Origin: Histomonas meleagridis 2922-C6/04-290x
Taxonomy: Eukaryota > Protista > Parabasalia
Length of the DNA: 64,000 nucleotides
Direction of reading: 5' to 3'
Assembly: GCA_020184695.1 (NCBI GenBank)
Contig: JAANOX010000088.1
Location: 1 to 64,000 of the forward strand
Shown here: piece after piece, positions 1 to 11,209 of the stretch
How the letters are laid out: each line of letters begins with the position of its first letter
How positions within the stretch are numbered: position 1 is the first letter of the stretch
Translations under genes and position numbers: made by a program
The notes under the pieces: generated by a model
Databases searched by the model: none
What the model was told of the DNA's origin: nothing
What the model saw: the letters and a program-made list of their open reading frames with translations, nothing else

Positions 1-120
1 AATGCCTCACACATTTTAAATATAAATGTCATCATGAATTTAAATATATTTTATTACTTTCAATCAAAACCAACCGATTTATGATAATTCAATCGATTTT
101 AGCCGTTCATCCTTTAGTTT

Positions 121-187
121 ATGTAGCGCGGCTTGAAGCGAGCGTATCACGCGAAGCTTCAATAGCGCTGTGTGTGTGTGTGTCTAG
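121..187. other. GC-rich stem-loop followed by a (TG)n microsatellite and CTAG
   Basis: AGCGC(125-129)/GCGCT(165-169), TTGAAGC(133-139)/GCTTCAA(156-162) and GCGT(142-145)/ACGC(149-152) are nested inverted repeats; (TG)7 runs at 169-182, followed by TCTAG. Confidence 0.6.
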
Positions 188-329
188 GCGCCTCTGAATC
201 ATAGATTGACTCATCTTAAACCCAGATTTCATGGAACAATTAATTATAAACGGTATCCATTCAATAAGGTGGGGTATCGTTTTTGATCAAGCTTTATTTA
301 ATTTCACTACTTGAATATAAATTGTTTCA

Positions 330-621
330 GTTATAAAAATCGAATGTGATAAAATAAAGGAATGAGTTAAATTGGGGAAATATGCTTTCGATGGAGAAAA
401 TGAATTAGAATTAGTGAATGCATTTGATTTTGTGAATTCATTTGATTTTGTGAATGTATTACTTTGTGTAAATGTATTTGATTTAGTGAATGTATTTTAG
501 CTACAATTACATAGCTACTTGACAAATCATTGGGATTCGAAATCGTGAGAGTTCCTGTGTTTGAATCATATGTTTCTGTTTTTAATTTTGCAAAAAATAA
601 TATGAATATTAATATTACCAT
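330..621 (-). pseudogene. Internally deleted BspA-like surface-protein remnant (signal peptide/N-terminus fused to the xTFTxS stalk)
   Basis: ATG at 621 gives MVILIFILFFAKLKTETYDSNTGTLTIS, similar to the N-terminus of the 14.1 kb gene (SYDEETKTLTIS). After ~499 an alternative frame reads NTFTKSNTFTQSNTFTKSNEFTKSNAFT, like the stalk at 15087-15200. No LRRs lie between them. Confidence 0.65.
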
Positions 622-1155
622 GCTGTTATTAAATTGGACTTGTGTGAAGCCCTTCAATTTGATAGTTTTTGATCATATTAAACATAAATAAGATTTTTTT
701 TCTGCTTTAAGTTTGATGTATATATACCATAATCTCATTCATTATTAATATCGCATTTTAGTGAACTTTGATTTATAAAAATTAAATTTAAATATTTTTA
801 CCTTGAATGAAAATATTTTTATTTTTTAGTTAAAAAATATCGCTTTGGAATTTTTCAATGAAATTCGGAACATCACATATCAAAAAGTATTTTTATCACA
901 GCTTTTCAACACTTTACTTTCAAAATTCAATAAATACGATAATAAAATGGGATAAAAACATGTTCCTTCCGTTTCGATACCATTAACATGATTTAAAAAG
1001 CAAAAATCACTTTGGTACATTCTAAATGTGGTTGATGGATTTGGAATTATTTTATATCATTTTTTAAGTAAAAATGTACAATTAAAATTGCATATCAAAA
1101 TAAAAGTTCATTAAAACAAAAGGATTTTGGATTATATCTCGAAATTAAAATTGAT

Positions 1156-1806
1156 TTAGTGCTTTAATCCCCTTTGTTCAAGTAATGCTTTGTATGCTTC
1201 AGCTTTCTTGACTGCTGCTTCTTTGCGTGCCTTCTTTTCCTTTAGGAACTTGGCCTTACGTGCAAGACGGCGTGGTGTGATCAAACGTTGGATCTTTGGT
1301 TGTGTGAATTTACCTGGTTTAACTTCGCGACGAAGGACGAGTTTGGTGACATCGGCCTTTTTGTCAGCGCCAAAGATTGCTCTGATTCTTGTGGCACGCT
1401 TTGGACCATAACGGCGTGGAACTACTTTATCAGTAAGTCCTTCGATTTCAGCATCACCTTTCTTGAGGACAATGAGATGAAGAGCTGAGATTTCAGATGA
1501 AATAACACATCCACGAACTGTCTTTCTCTTGCGTTCTCCATCTTTGCGTGGGCGATAACATGATGTACCAGCACGAAGAAGAAGACGGACACGGCGTGGT
1601 GTAAGAACACCCTGCTTCATTGGGAAGCCTTGTTTATCGAATCCACCACCAAGACGGAAAAGATATCCGGCAAATTGTTGACCGAGAATTGAACCATCGA
1701 TATCTTGTCCAAGGCGGTGATCATAAAGACTGTTAAGGGCAACTGGATCTTCGACATCAATGCAAATTTGTGTTCCGTGATCAGGATAAGCTAAAGTAAG
1801 CCTCAT
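1156..1806 (-). CDS. RPS6: 40S ribosomal protein S6 (eS6)
   Basis: Motifs GGFDKQGFPMKQGV, CYRPRKDGERKRKTVRGC and PRRYGPKRA, PKIQRLITP. The true start is probably the ATG at 1806 (MRLTLAYP), preceded by the M5 motif CCTTT; the ORF-track start at 1839 is a GTG extension. Confidence 0.97.
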   Translation of the reverse strand: MRLTLAYPDHGTQICIDVEDPVALNSLYDHRLGQDIDGSILGQQFAGYLFRLGGGFDKQGFPMKQGVLTPRRVRLLLRAGTSCYRPRKDGERKRKTVRGCVISSEISALHLIVLKKGDAEIEGLTDKVVPRRYGPKRATRIRAIFGADKKADVTKLVLRREVKPGKFTQPKIQRLITPRRLARKAKFLKEKKARKEAAVKKAEAYKALLEQRGLKH

Positions 1807-1861
1807 TAAAAGGCCAGACCAAAACCGATACAAATTCACTAACTTTGTTTTGATTATTTAC
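1807..1861. promoter_or_regulatory. 55-bp bidirectional promoter between RPS6 and TFB5
   Basis: CCTTT (M5-like) lies on the minus strand at 1809-1813 just before the RPS6 ATG; Inr TCACT lies at 1836-1840 on the plus strand before the TFB5 ATG at 1862. Confidence 0.7.
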
Positions 1862-2086
1862 ATGACAGCAATCCCTAAAAAAGGCGATCTGATAAAATGT
1901 TCAGATCCAGCAATCAGAGAGTACATATTATTTTTAAACGCCAACCAGCCAGACAACAAAAAATTTGTGATTAAAGATCTTCCACCACTACATTTGTTTA
2001 TACAAAGTGGAAAAACAGCTGAAATAAATGAAAAAATTAATGAACTCATTGATAAATACACATTTGACCCCGAAAATAGCACATAA
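1862..2086 (+). CDS. TFB5: TFIIH subunit p8/Tfb5 (GTF2H5 family)
   Basis: 74 aa MTAIPKKGDLIKCSDPAIREYILFLNA...KKFVIKDLPPLHLFIQ matches the Tfb5 pattern (KGxLIxCDPAxKQ...KFIIxDLDxxHLF). Confidence 0.85.
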   Translation: MTAIPKKGDLIKCSDPAIREYILFLNANQPDNKKFVIKDLPPLHLFIQSGKTAEINEKINELIDKYTFDPENST

Positions 2087-2403
2087 TTGAAAATTTGTAA
2101 TTATTTTTTAAAAAATATTTGTTTTTAAAAAACTATTTTTTATTTACCATCTTTTTCTTTAGCTTGCATATGATTTTCTTCTTACACCAATGCTCTTTTA
2201 AAATATATTACACCTTCTTGAAAATATCTTAAAATATAAATATTTATATTTACTATATATTTTGTTATGAATTTTTCTAAATTAATTATAACGTTACTTA
2301 GTTGTCAAGAGTGAAGCAAACATTCATGTTTCTTTGATTTTTTTTTTTTTTGTGATTTTATCCTTTGTTTTATATTGAGAAAGTCTGCTAGGTAAATCCT
2401 GGA

Positions 2404-3285
2404 ATGGATTATCATTTTTTATGCCCACACAAAGTATCAGAGGAAATTACAAATAACAGAAATGTAGCACAAATAAACTACAAAAATGACAGATTGTTTT
2501 TGACCTTACTTGCTCCTGGGTATAATCAAAAAACACCAATCGAAAATGCAATCTTTGGAATTACAGAGAAACAATTTGATCTCAAAATAATCAAATATGA
2601 AAATGATTTCAAGCTTAAACTTAAACCTAAACTTATTTCTTACCCAATTAATATCGCCATTTATCCTTTAAATAATTTCAATTTTAAAGCTAAATATACA
2701 AAATCTTTCTTACTACTCCAGACAGATAAAATTAAACTTAGTTCTAATAATCAATTATTATTTGATTCTAGAATAAAAGAAGGAGAAATTTATTCATATG
2801 TTCATATGCAAACACGCTGTATAAATTGCTCCTTTTCGGTAGCTGTTAAAAGGCGGTCTTTTAGAAGTAACCTAATTAAGTCATATTTTGTTATTGGTAA
2901 TCACATATTTAATGTAGGTTTTTCTTTTTTACCAAAAAAAATCATGAATAAAACAGCTTACACGTTTGCTGCGAATTTTTCACGGCCTCCATTTGAGTTA
3001 TCAACAAAATTAAAACATAATAATTTTAAAACATTTCTTAAATTCCAAAAAAGTCCATATTCATTAGACCTAGCTCTTGAAAGTAAGCAGGAAAAGTACG
3101 GATATGTTCAGCTTTCATATGCTAATTTTTCTAAATCAGTCAAATTGATCGTTGATTCAAACAAGAAGACAAAATTTCAAACAAGTTTGCCAATTGACTT
3201 AAAGACAAGTGTGGACTTTTGCGCTTCGATACCTTCATTTAAGGAGATTCCAATACTTTCTCTTTCCCTAAACTTTAATGAATAA
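2404..3285 (+). CDS. Hypothetical protein, beta-strand-rich (possible divergent outer-membrane beta-barrel)
   Basis: 293-aa ORF with ATG and TAAA stop; alternating hydrophobic/polar segments and C-terminal LSLSLNF. No motif recognised with confidence. Confidence 0.6.
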   Translation: MDYHFLCPHKVSEEITNNRNVAQINYKNDRLFLTLLAPGYNQKTPIENAIFGITEKQFDLKIIKYENDFKLKLKPKLISYPINIAIYPLNNFNFKAKYTKSFLLLQTDKIKLSSNNQLLFDSRIKEGEIYSYVHMQTRCINCSFSVAVKRRSFRSNLIKSYFVIGNHIFNVGFSFLPKKIMNKTAYTFAANFSRPPFELSTKLKHNNFKTFLKFQKSPYSLDLALESKQEKYGYVQLSYANFSKSVKLIVDSNKKTKFQTSLPIDLKTSVDFCASIPSFKEIPILSLSLNFNE

Positions 3286-3687
3286 AAATAAAACTATAAA
3301 TTTATGTTAAACAAAAACAGATTAAAATCTATGATTAAACAAGGCAAAAACATCTTGTTTGTTATTCAAGAAAGTGTTAAAAAAATAATAAAGGTTTTGG
3401 TACCAAAACGATATAAATTTCAGAACGACGATGGTTTCCTGAACATTTAATTTGTCTATCGTTCCAACTCACATTTTTAGGATTCTTTGAAGAAGGACAA
3501 CATGAAAAAGCTAAGTTAGAATAAACTTATTAAAAGTGTAACAATAAAATCAAATGCAAAACTTAAATTTTAAGCTGAAGAATAAATTTTATTTTCCATT
3601 TCGAACAAAAATAACATGTTATTTACTTTTTTATCTGTATTTTCCACAAACAAAATAAAAATATTTTTTGTGTCTTCATCTGAAACG

Positions 3688-6600
3688 TCATCCGAAATCA
3701 TTTATCACTGCAGAAGTAAGTAAAACGTGCTCATCGAGTTCAGCCATCAGTCTTTGATTCTTTCTGCTTTTCCAATACAACAACACAGACACCACAACGA
3801 TTAACACCAAAGCGATCACTCCAATTACTATAGCGATAATAACACTTATTCCAAGTGATTTTGGAACTGGTGTATCTTTTGTATACTTACATATATCGAA
3901 GTAATTTTCGGGTTCAGCAGCAAGAATTTGATTCCATTCAGCCGTATTATTGATATTATAATTATTATAATCTTTGAGATATGGCAAACATAACGTAATG
4001 TTATAAACGAAATGTTCGTTTTTAGAAATTTTATTTTGTTTTGTGTTTTCAAACACTTTGGAATTAAAGTTTGGTGGTTGATCAGGAAATGATAAAATTG
4101 ATAATGATGAACAATCTTCAAAAATATATGTTACATCCATTGTAACTGTATGAAGTAAAGGGATGTGAACAAGTACAAGTGATGTACATCCCTTAAAAAT
4201 ATAGTCTCCGTCTATCCTAATTAAGTTTTGGAAGATTACAGTTTTGAGTGATTTACAATTTTCAAATGAGCCGCTTTTGATCGTCTCGAGACTTTTCAAT
4301 TCGATTGTTTCGAGTGAAATACAATTGACGAATCCATAAGATTCGATTGTTTCGATAGTATCGAATGAAACATTTTTCAAGTTAGTACAATTAGAGAAAC
4401 AATTTGAACCAATTTCCTTAACATTAGATAAGTTAACAGAGAATAAATTATAACAACACTTAAATACAGAACTTTTTAGAGATAAAACAGAAGGAAATGT
4501 CACATTAACTAAAGAAGTACAACTCGTAAATGCTTTCTCATATATGTTAACAGCATTTGGAATATTAATAATTTGTAAATTTATACATTTCTCAAATGAT
4601 TGAAGACCAATAGCTTCAACAATAGGAAATGAAATATTAATTAATGAAACACAATTTCGAAATGACGCTTGGAAAATTGTATATAATTTTGGTATATTAA
4701 CATTTTGTAAACTTAAACATTGTTCAAATGCTGATGTTTTAACTATGTCAACAAGAGGAAATGAAATATTAACTAATGAGAAACAATTGATAAATGCTTT
4801 TTCAGTTATTGTAACTAATTTTGGTATATCAACATGTTGTAAATTTATACAATCTGAAAAAGATGAAGTATCAATTGTTGAAACATTCGAAAATGAAATA
4901 TTATCCAAAGAAGTACAATTATAAAATGCACATTTTCCAATAATTTGAAGTTTTGGAAATGTAACGTTTTGTAATTTAAGACAATCCTCAAAAGTATTTT
5001 GTCCTATTTCGATTAAATTTGAAGCTGAAATTGTTTCGAGATTTTTACATGATTTGAAAAGTTCCGAATTCATTTTTGTTATAATATCATTATTAAAGGA
5101 TTTAATTGATTGACAATATGCAAAACATTTTGATCCGATTTGATTTACCTTCGAAAAATTAATATTTTTAATAGAAGAACTCATGAAACATTCGTTTCCA
5201 AGTATTTGAACATTATTAATATTTATATCTTTTAAACTTTTTTGATTTTTAAAACATCCATCGCCAATTTCAATCAAATTTGGCGCATTAAATTTTCGTA
5301 ATTTTGTTCCTATAAAAACTTCTTTTCCAATATACATTAATTTTGGCGCATTAAAGTTCTCAATATTTAGACAATTTTGAAACGCATAATTACTACAATT
5401 TATTAACGAAGGGAAATCACATGAAATATAACTATTTGTAAATGAAAAACATCCAACAAATTCCAAATATGGAAAATCAATATCTTGTATAGTCGAATTA
5501 TAAAAACAATAATCCCCAATTTTGGTGATGTTAAATTTAATTTTAGAAGGTTGTAAAGCAGCAAAAAATGCATTTTTGAAACATGAATTTCCAAATTCTT
5601 TACAACTAGAAAGATAAATATTACTAATGTGTTGATACGAAAATAAATAATCAGGTGCAATTTCAAGACTTTCTAAGTCAAAAGTTTGTATACTATTTTG
5701 TCCTTGAAACAAATTGTTATTACATTTAGTTAATTTCGGTGCTTTAAACGTTGAAAGAGATTCACATAAAGAAAATACATATTCGCCGGCTTCAATAAGA
5801 TTAGGAACAGAAAGATTATGCAAATAAATACATTTTTCAAAAACTCGATTTCCGATTTTTCTAACATTTTCTAAACAAATCGAAGTTAATGCTAAACAAT
5901 TCGAAAATGCAAAATCATCAACAAAAACAACGTTTGGAATTTTCACTGTTTTTAAGTTAATACAAAACGAAAACGCAGAATTTAATACATTTTTAAGTCG
6001 CGGTAACTCAATATTTTCTAAATAAATACATTTAGTAAAACAATCGATTGAACAATTTTCTATTTTTGGTAAAAATACATTTTTTAGAATTTTACACCTT
6101 AAAAAACATCCAATTCCAATATGAGTTACGCCTGGACAAGAAATATTTTCCAAACTTATACAAGAATCAAATGTATTATCTCCAATTACTTTAACATTTT
6201 CATTAATAACAATTGTTTCTAAATAGTAACAATGTGTAAAAACATTGGAATCGAATGTTGTGACTGAATTTGGAATTATAATACTTTTTAATGATATACA
6301 ATATCCAAATACAGAATCACCAATTTTTTGTACATTTTCGCTGATAGTTATTGATTCTAAATTAGAACATGAATAAAACATTGAATGTTCAATCTCTGTA
6401 ATTAAGTTTGGCATTATGATACTCGTTAATGAACTACAGCCGAAAAAAACAGAATCTTCAATTGTGGTTAATGAATTAGGAAGTGTAAAATTCTTCAATG
6501 AGTAACAATAAAAAAATGAGCCAATTCCAATTGTTTCGATTTTGTCATTCATGATAATTGTTTCTAAATTATTACATTGAAAAAAAGAACGAGGTCCAAT

Positions 6601-7317
6601 CGAAAGAACAGAACTTGGAATTGTTATTGTTGTTATTGATTTACACTCAGCAAACAAACCAAGAGAAAGACTTGTAACCGAATTTGAAATGATAACATTA
6701 ATTAATGATGTACAACTTTCGAATGCAGAGTACCCTAATGATGTAACTGAATCTGGAATTATAATGGTTTCTAATGATGTACATTTTAGAAATGCACTAT
6801 TTCCGATGGAAGTAACTGAATTTGGTATTGTAACATTTTGCAAAGAAATGCATTTATGAAATAAAAAATTACTAAGAGCTGTAAGTGAATTTGAGAGTAC
6901 GACGCTTGTTAATGAATCACAGTATTGAAATGCTTCATATGAAATTGAAGTGACTGAGTTTGGAATTGTGATACTTTTCATGGATTTGCACAATCGAAAT
7001 GCATTCTCTTGAATTGTTGTCAAACTTTCCCCTAATGTAATTGTTTCGACGCATGAACACGTGGAAAATGCATTGTACTCAATTAATTTTACAGAATTCC
7101 CTATGTTAATTGAAATTAATTTATCCCATAAAACAAAACCATTTGAAGGAATTGTATCAATTTCACCATCAATGAAGAGATGTTTTGATATAGCCTTATA
7201 ATCATAAATTCCTATAAATTCCTCTTTTTTAGATATAAGTAATGTACAATTGCTTTCAATAAAAATTGGCTTTACGTTGGCTATTAGAATCGATATGAAA
7301 TAATTGAACCATAGCAT
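3688..7317 (-). CDS. BspA-like TpLRR (LRR_5) surface protein with C-terminal transmembrane helix and cytosolic tail
   Basis: Dozens of 22-23 aa repeats (LxSIxIPNSVTSIGxxAFxxC, later LxxVxFPxLxxIxxxAF); TM segment ISVIIAIVIGVIALVLIVVVSVLLYW. Likely ATG at 7317 (MLWFNYFISILIANV); the ORF-track start is TTG. Confidence 0.92.
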   Translation of the reverse strand: MLWFNYFISILIANVKPIFIESNCTLLISKKEEFIGIYDYKAISKHLFIDGEIDTIPSNGFVLWDKLISINIGNSVKLIEYNAFSTCSCVETITLGESLTTIQENAFRLCKSMKSITIPNSVTSISYEAFQYCDSLTSVVLSNSLTALSNFLFHKCISLQNVTIPNSVTSIGNSAFLKCTSLETIIIPDSVTSLGYSAFESCTSLINVIISNSVTSLSLGLFAECKSITTITIPSSVLSIGPRSFFQCNNLETIIMNDKIETIGIGSFFYCYSLKNFTLPNSLTTIEDSVFFGCSSLTSIIMPNLITEIEHSMFYSCSNLESITISENVQKIGDSVFGYCISLKSIIIPNSVTTFDSNVFTHCYYLETIVINENVKVIGDNTFDSCISLENISCPGVTHIGIGCFLRCKILKNVFLPKIENCSIDCFTKCIYLENIELPRLKNVLNSAFSFCINLKTVKIPNVVFVDDFAFSNCLALTSICLENVRKIGNRVFEKCIYLHNLSVPNLIEAGEYVFSLCESLSTFKAPKLTKCNNNLFQGQNSIQTFDLESLEIAPDYLFSYQHISNIYLSSCKEFGNSCFKNAFFAALQPSKIKFNITKIGDYCFYNSTIQDIDFPYLEFVGCFSFTNSYISCDFPSLINCSNYAFQNCLNIENFNAPKLMYIGKEVFIGTKLRKFNAPNLIEIGDGCFKNQKSLKDININNVQILGNECFMSSSIKNINFSKVNQIGSKCFAYCQSIKSFNNDIITKMNSELFKSCKNLETISASNLIEIGQNTFEDCLKLQNVTFPKLQIIGKCAFYNCTSLDNISFSNVSTIDTSSFSDCINLQHVDIPKLVTITEKAFINCFSLVNISFPLVDIVKTSAFEQCLSLQNVNIPKLYTIFQASFRNCVSLINISFPIVEAIGLQSFEKCINLQIINIPNAVNIYEKAFTSCTSLVNVTFPSVLSLKSSVFKCCYNLFSVNLSNVKEIGSNCFSNCTNLKNVSFDTIETIESYGFVNCISLETIELKSLETIKSGSFENCKSLKTVIFQNLIRIDGDYIFKGCTSLVLVHIPLLHTVTMDVTYIFEDCSSLSILSFPDQPPNFNSKVFENTKQNKISKNEHFVYNITLCLPYLKDYNNYNINNTAEWNQILAAEPENYFDICKYTKDTPVPKSLGISVIIAIVIGVIALVLIVVVSVLLYWKSRKNQRLMAELDEHVLLTSAVINDFG

Positions 7318-7841
7318 CAAATAACCAAAATCTTGTTCTGAGCCTAAAAAAAAAAAAACGTTTAAAAATATTGAGCCATTAACCGCTGTCAAATTTGATT
7401 TGTTTTCAAATTTTGATTAGAGAACGTTTGTTAATGAGCATTTGTTAATTTCGTTTAATTGTTCAGAAATATCGATTATTAACGACAGTTTCAGCACCTG
7501 GTTTGGTTGGGGATATTCCCAACTCAATTCGGAGGTTTTTTCTTCGGAAATTCATTTAAGTAAATTAGTGAATATTTGTGTTATGGGATATATCGATATA
7601 TCGCATCATTGAATTATATGTATCGTAGATTCGGGCAGGTAAATGTTTCACTTGTCATGGCAGAGCCCAAAGGAGACCAAGAATGGGACGATTTTGCAAT
7701 AGAAAAAATTTTTTTGCTGATACGAATTGATAAGAGTTTATCCAAAAAATTTCAATAGCATAAATTTTTATGGATTGCACTAATCACTGCAGTTTATGAA
7801 AGCAAAAAAGATAATTAATTAGTATTGAAGATTTATTGTCT

Positions 7842-9164
7842 TTACTTCTTCTTCTTATCTTCAACGACCTTCTTTTCGACAGCACGGATAACGCCAACAG
7901 CGACTGTTTGCTTCATATCACGAACAGCGAATCTTCCTAATGCAGCGTATTCCTTGAATGTTTCGACGACGAGTGGCTTTGATGGGACGACTACGACGAC
8001 GGCAGCATCATCCTTTTGGATCCATTCTGGGTTCTCTGTGACCTTCTTACCGTGACGGCGGTCGATACGTTGGACGAGCTTGTCGAACTTGCAAGCGATG
8101 TGAGCTGTGTGGCAGTCGAAAACTGGTTGGTAGCCAGCGTGGATCTTACCTGGGTGGTTGGAGATGATCATTTGTGCTGTGAAGTTGATGCATTGCATTG
8201 GTGGATCACGGTTAGCTTCACCGACGACGTAACCACGCTTGATGTCAGAGACGGCGACGTTCTTGACGTTGAAACCGATGTTATCTCCTGGGACGGCCTC
8301 TGGGAGTTGTGTGTGGTGCATTTCGATGGACTTAACTTCGGTGGTGACTGTTGATGGTGCGAAGACGACTGTCATGTTTGGCTTCATGATACCGGATTCA
8401 ACACGACCAACTGGAACTGTACCGATACCAGAGATCTTGTAGACATCTTGGACTGGAAGACGGAGTGGACGGTCGAATGGACGCTTTGGTGGTTGGAGTG
8501 TATCGAGTGTTTCAAGGAGTGTGCCGCCTGTGTACCATGGCATGTTTGGTGACTTTTCGGTCATGTTATCACCGACGAATCCAGAGATTGGGACGAACTT
8601 GTATTGTTCTGGCTTGAAACCAATGTTACCAAGGATGTGTGTCATTTCTTGGACGATTTCATCATAACGTTGCTTGGAGTAGTTGACTGTGTTGTCATCC
8701 ATCTTGTTAACACCAACAATAACTTGCTTGATACCAAGGGTGAAGGCAAGAAGAGCGTGTTCACGGGTTTGGCCTTGTTCGGCAATACCGGCTTCGAAAC
8801 CACCGCGTGTGGCATCAATAACAAGGACGGCAGCATCGGCTTGGGATGTACCTGTGATCATGTTCTTGATGAAGTCTCTGTGTCCTGGAGCATCAATGAT
8901 TGTGAACATGTATTTTGGTGATTCGAATTTCCAAAGGGAGATATCGATTGTGATACCACGTTCACGTTCGGCCTTGAGGTTATCCATAACGAAGGCATAT
9001 TTGAAGGAGCCCTTACCAAGTTGGACGGCTTCCTTTTCGATTTGGGCGAGCTTTCTCTTATCGATACCACCGCACTTGTAGATTAAGTGGCCTGTTGTTG
9101 TTGATTTACCAGCATCGACGTGTCCGATAACGACGAGATTGATATGTTCTTTCTCCTTACCCAT
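7842..9164 (-). CDS. EF1A: Translation elongation factor 1-alpha
   Basis: [46 protein letters not shown] and GRFAVRDM motifs; codon usage of a highly expressed gene. Confidence 0.99.
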   Translation of the reverse strand: MGKEKEHINLVVIGHVDAGKSTTTGHLIYKCGGIDKRKLAQIEKEAVQLGKGSFKYAFVMDNLKAERERGITIDISLWKFESPKYMFTIIDAPGHRDFIKNMITGTSQADAAVLVIDATRGGFEAGIAEQGQTREHALLAFTLGIKQVIVGVNKMDDNTVNYSKQRYDEIVQEMTHILGNIGFKPEQYKFVPISGFVGDNMTEKSPNMPWYTGGTLLETLDTLQPPKRPFDRPLRLPVQDVYKISGIGTVPVGRVESGIMKPNMTVVFAPSTVTTEVKSIEMHHTQLPEAVPGDNIGFNVKNVAVSDIKRGYVVGEANRDPPMQCINFTAQMIISNHPGKIHAGYQPVFDCHTAHIACKFDKLVQRIDRRHGKKVTENPEWIQKDDAAVVVVVPSKPLVVETFKEYAALGRFAVRDMKQTVAVGVIRAVEKKVVEDKKKK

Positions 9165-9240
9165 TAGGCAATAAACAAAGTGAACTGAAACCTTGGCCTT
9201 GCAATAAACGATTCAAATTATTGACGACCACGACCCCAGT
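9165..9240 (-). promoter_or_regulatory. EF-1alpha core promoter
   Basis: Inr TCACT at 9179-9183 (minus strand), 14 nt before the ATG; tandem ACGACC ACGACC at 9224-9235. Confidence 0.6.
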
Positions 9241-11209
9241 TTTTGAGAATCTCATACAAATAATTGAATATAAACTATTTCACCTTGTAATTTGACCAAC
9301 TAACAAAAATTTTGCAAAATTTTGATTGAATTTCATTGAGTATATCTCTAATTAAAGTATTAATAATTATTTAGCAAGCTTACATAAAAGCTTCCTGTTT
9401 TAAAAAATATTCCAATAAAGTTAATCATTAAAATTAAACATTGATAAAATCAATTGATTATAAATTTATTTTTTTTAGCAACGACTAAGAGCATGAAAAA
9501 GATGAACCAAGTAATCTCAACTAAATAGCTAATACTTGATGATCATTAATGACAAAAATTTATATAAATAAACTTGATAATTGTATCTTTAAGACATTGT
9601 TCTAGCATCTACCAAAACTTCGGTCATGATATGGTGTTATGTCTGAAACATCATTCCATTTTTTATAAAAAGGCTATATGAAAAAAAGAACGGGTCCTAT
9701 TCTAATTTTCTTATGAATTTTAAATATTTTATTCATAATTAAATAACATATGATGTATTTTATTAAATATATCTTTTTTTGTTCCATAACCAATTTGAAA
9801 TAGAGGTATTTGTGTCAATGTTTTCATTTTTTTGATCCTAAATCAAATAAACTATTCAAAAAGGTGGTATTCAAAGCGATTGTGAATTCACAGGTTAACT
9901 GACAAATTGAATACTAGGTAAAGTTGAAGTGATCCTTTAACGTATAATTTCAGTGAAAAAGTCAACACTGTCTCAGAAATCATAAAAAATTTCCAGATTG
10001 GCTACAGGACTCATTTTTTCAGATATCGAATAAATAAACATATTTATAGAAATGCCATGAAAAAAACTAATTTCCTAGAAGACAGATTTTGATATATTAT
10101 ATCATTATCAAAAAAAAATTCACAATAATTTTCTGACTTATCAATTTTCACTAGAAAGTCAATAATTCTTTTATAAAAATTTGATTATTTTTAATATCAA
10201 AAATAATATATAATGGAATATATAAAACATTTAAAATCATATGCTTAAACCAATTTTATATGAAGATATATTTGTTTTATTTATAAATGTCAAATCTTTA
10301 AATAAGAGTTTTTGTCTTATATAGATATAAGAATATTATTTACTGTTATTATAAATCTTTACCATATATTTTTTAATGATTAAAATAATGAGAACAACGA
10401 GATAATTCTATTCTATCTGGTGTCAAACGACCGTTTAGAGAATAGCAACCTTTCTGCAATAGACCGTTAAATTTAAGCCAGAACAGGTTCATAGAAAACC
10501 ATTTTTCAACAGTCCAAACTATGTCGAAGATGATCCATCTGCAAATGGAAGAAGAAACATTTATTTTCTCATAAGTTTACAAACAACCAAAGTAGATATA
10601 TATTGGAAACGCATATACCAAATCGATGAAATATGATGTCCATTCTCGATTAATATTATCATTAATTCACATTGGCACTTTCATCCTCCTCATAAATTCC
10701 AACAAATATGTTTTTATTTCAAATATTATTTTTATCCTCTCACTGAAAATAAAACAATGAACAAGCATGTGTATAACAAAAGCATTCATTACATGCCATG
10801 TAACAAGAGAGAACACATAAAGAATAAAATATTTTTACAAAAAATTCAAACAGCAAACAACATAAATCATTTACTGTAGTGCGTTTCACTCAGCAATTCT
10901 CTAAATAACAATAGAATAGGTTTTAAGCATTTCGTTTCTTCAAATTTAATAATTTCGTATTTTTATTCCAAAATAACTGCAGTCTTTCATATCCTACATA
11001 ATATATATCATTTTAATGAAAGTTTTCAATGTAATTTATCAATGAATTGCAGCAATAATATTCTTAAAAATCTACCAAAGATATTTAATGCATTAATTAC
11101 TTCTATATATTCAAATATAACTTTGTTCGTAATTATATTTTTTGTTTTTACTTTCTTATCCAAAATTTATTTTAATCAGAGAAGCATTCATCAAAAAAAC
11201 GAAGTTATT

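Noticed and set aside
7587-7602. Perfect 16-bp palindrome GATATATCGATATATC
   Set aside because: Several 8-bp-arm AT-rich palindromes are expected by chance in 64 kb at this composition.
8016-9081. Several long plus-strand ORFs antisense to EF-1alpha (and similar shadows over RPS6 and UBA3)
   Set aside because: Typical antisense shadows of strongly codon-biased genes; no independent motifs.
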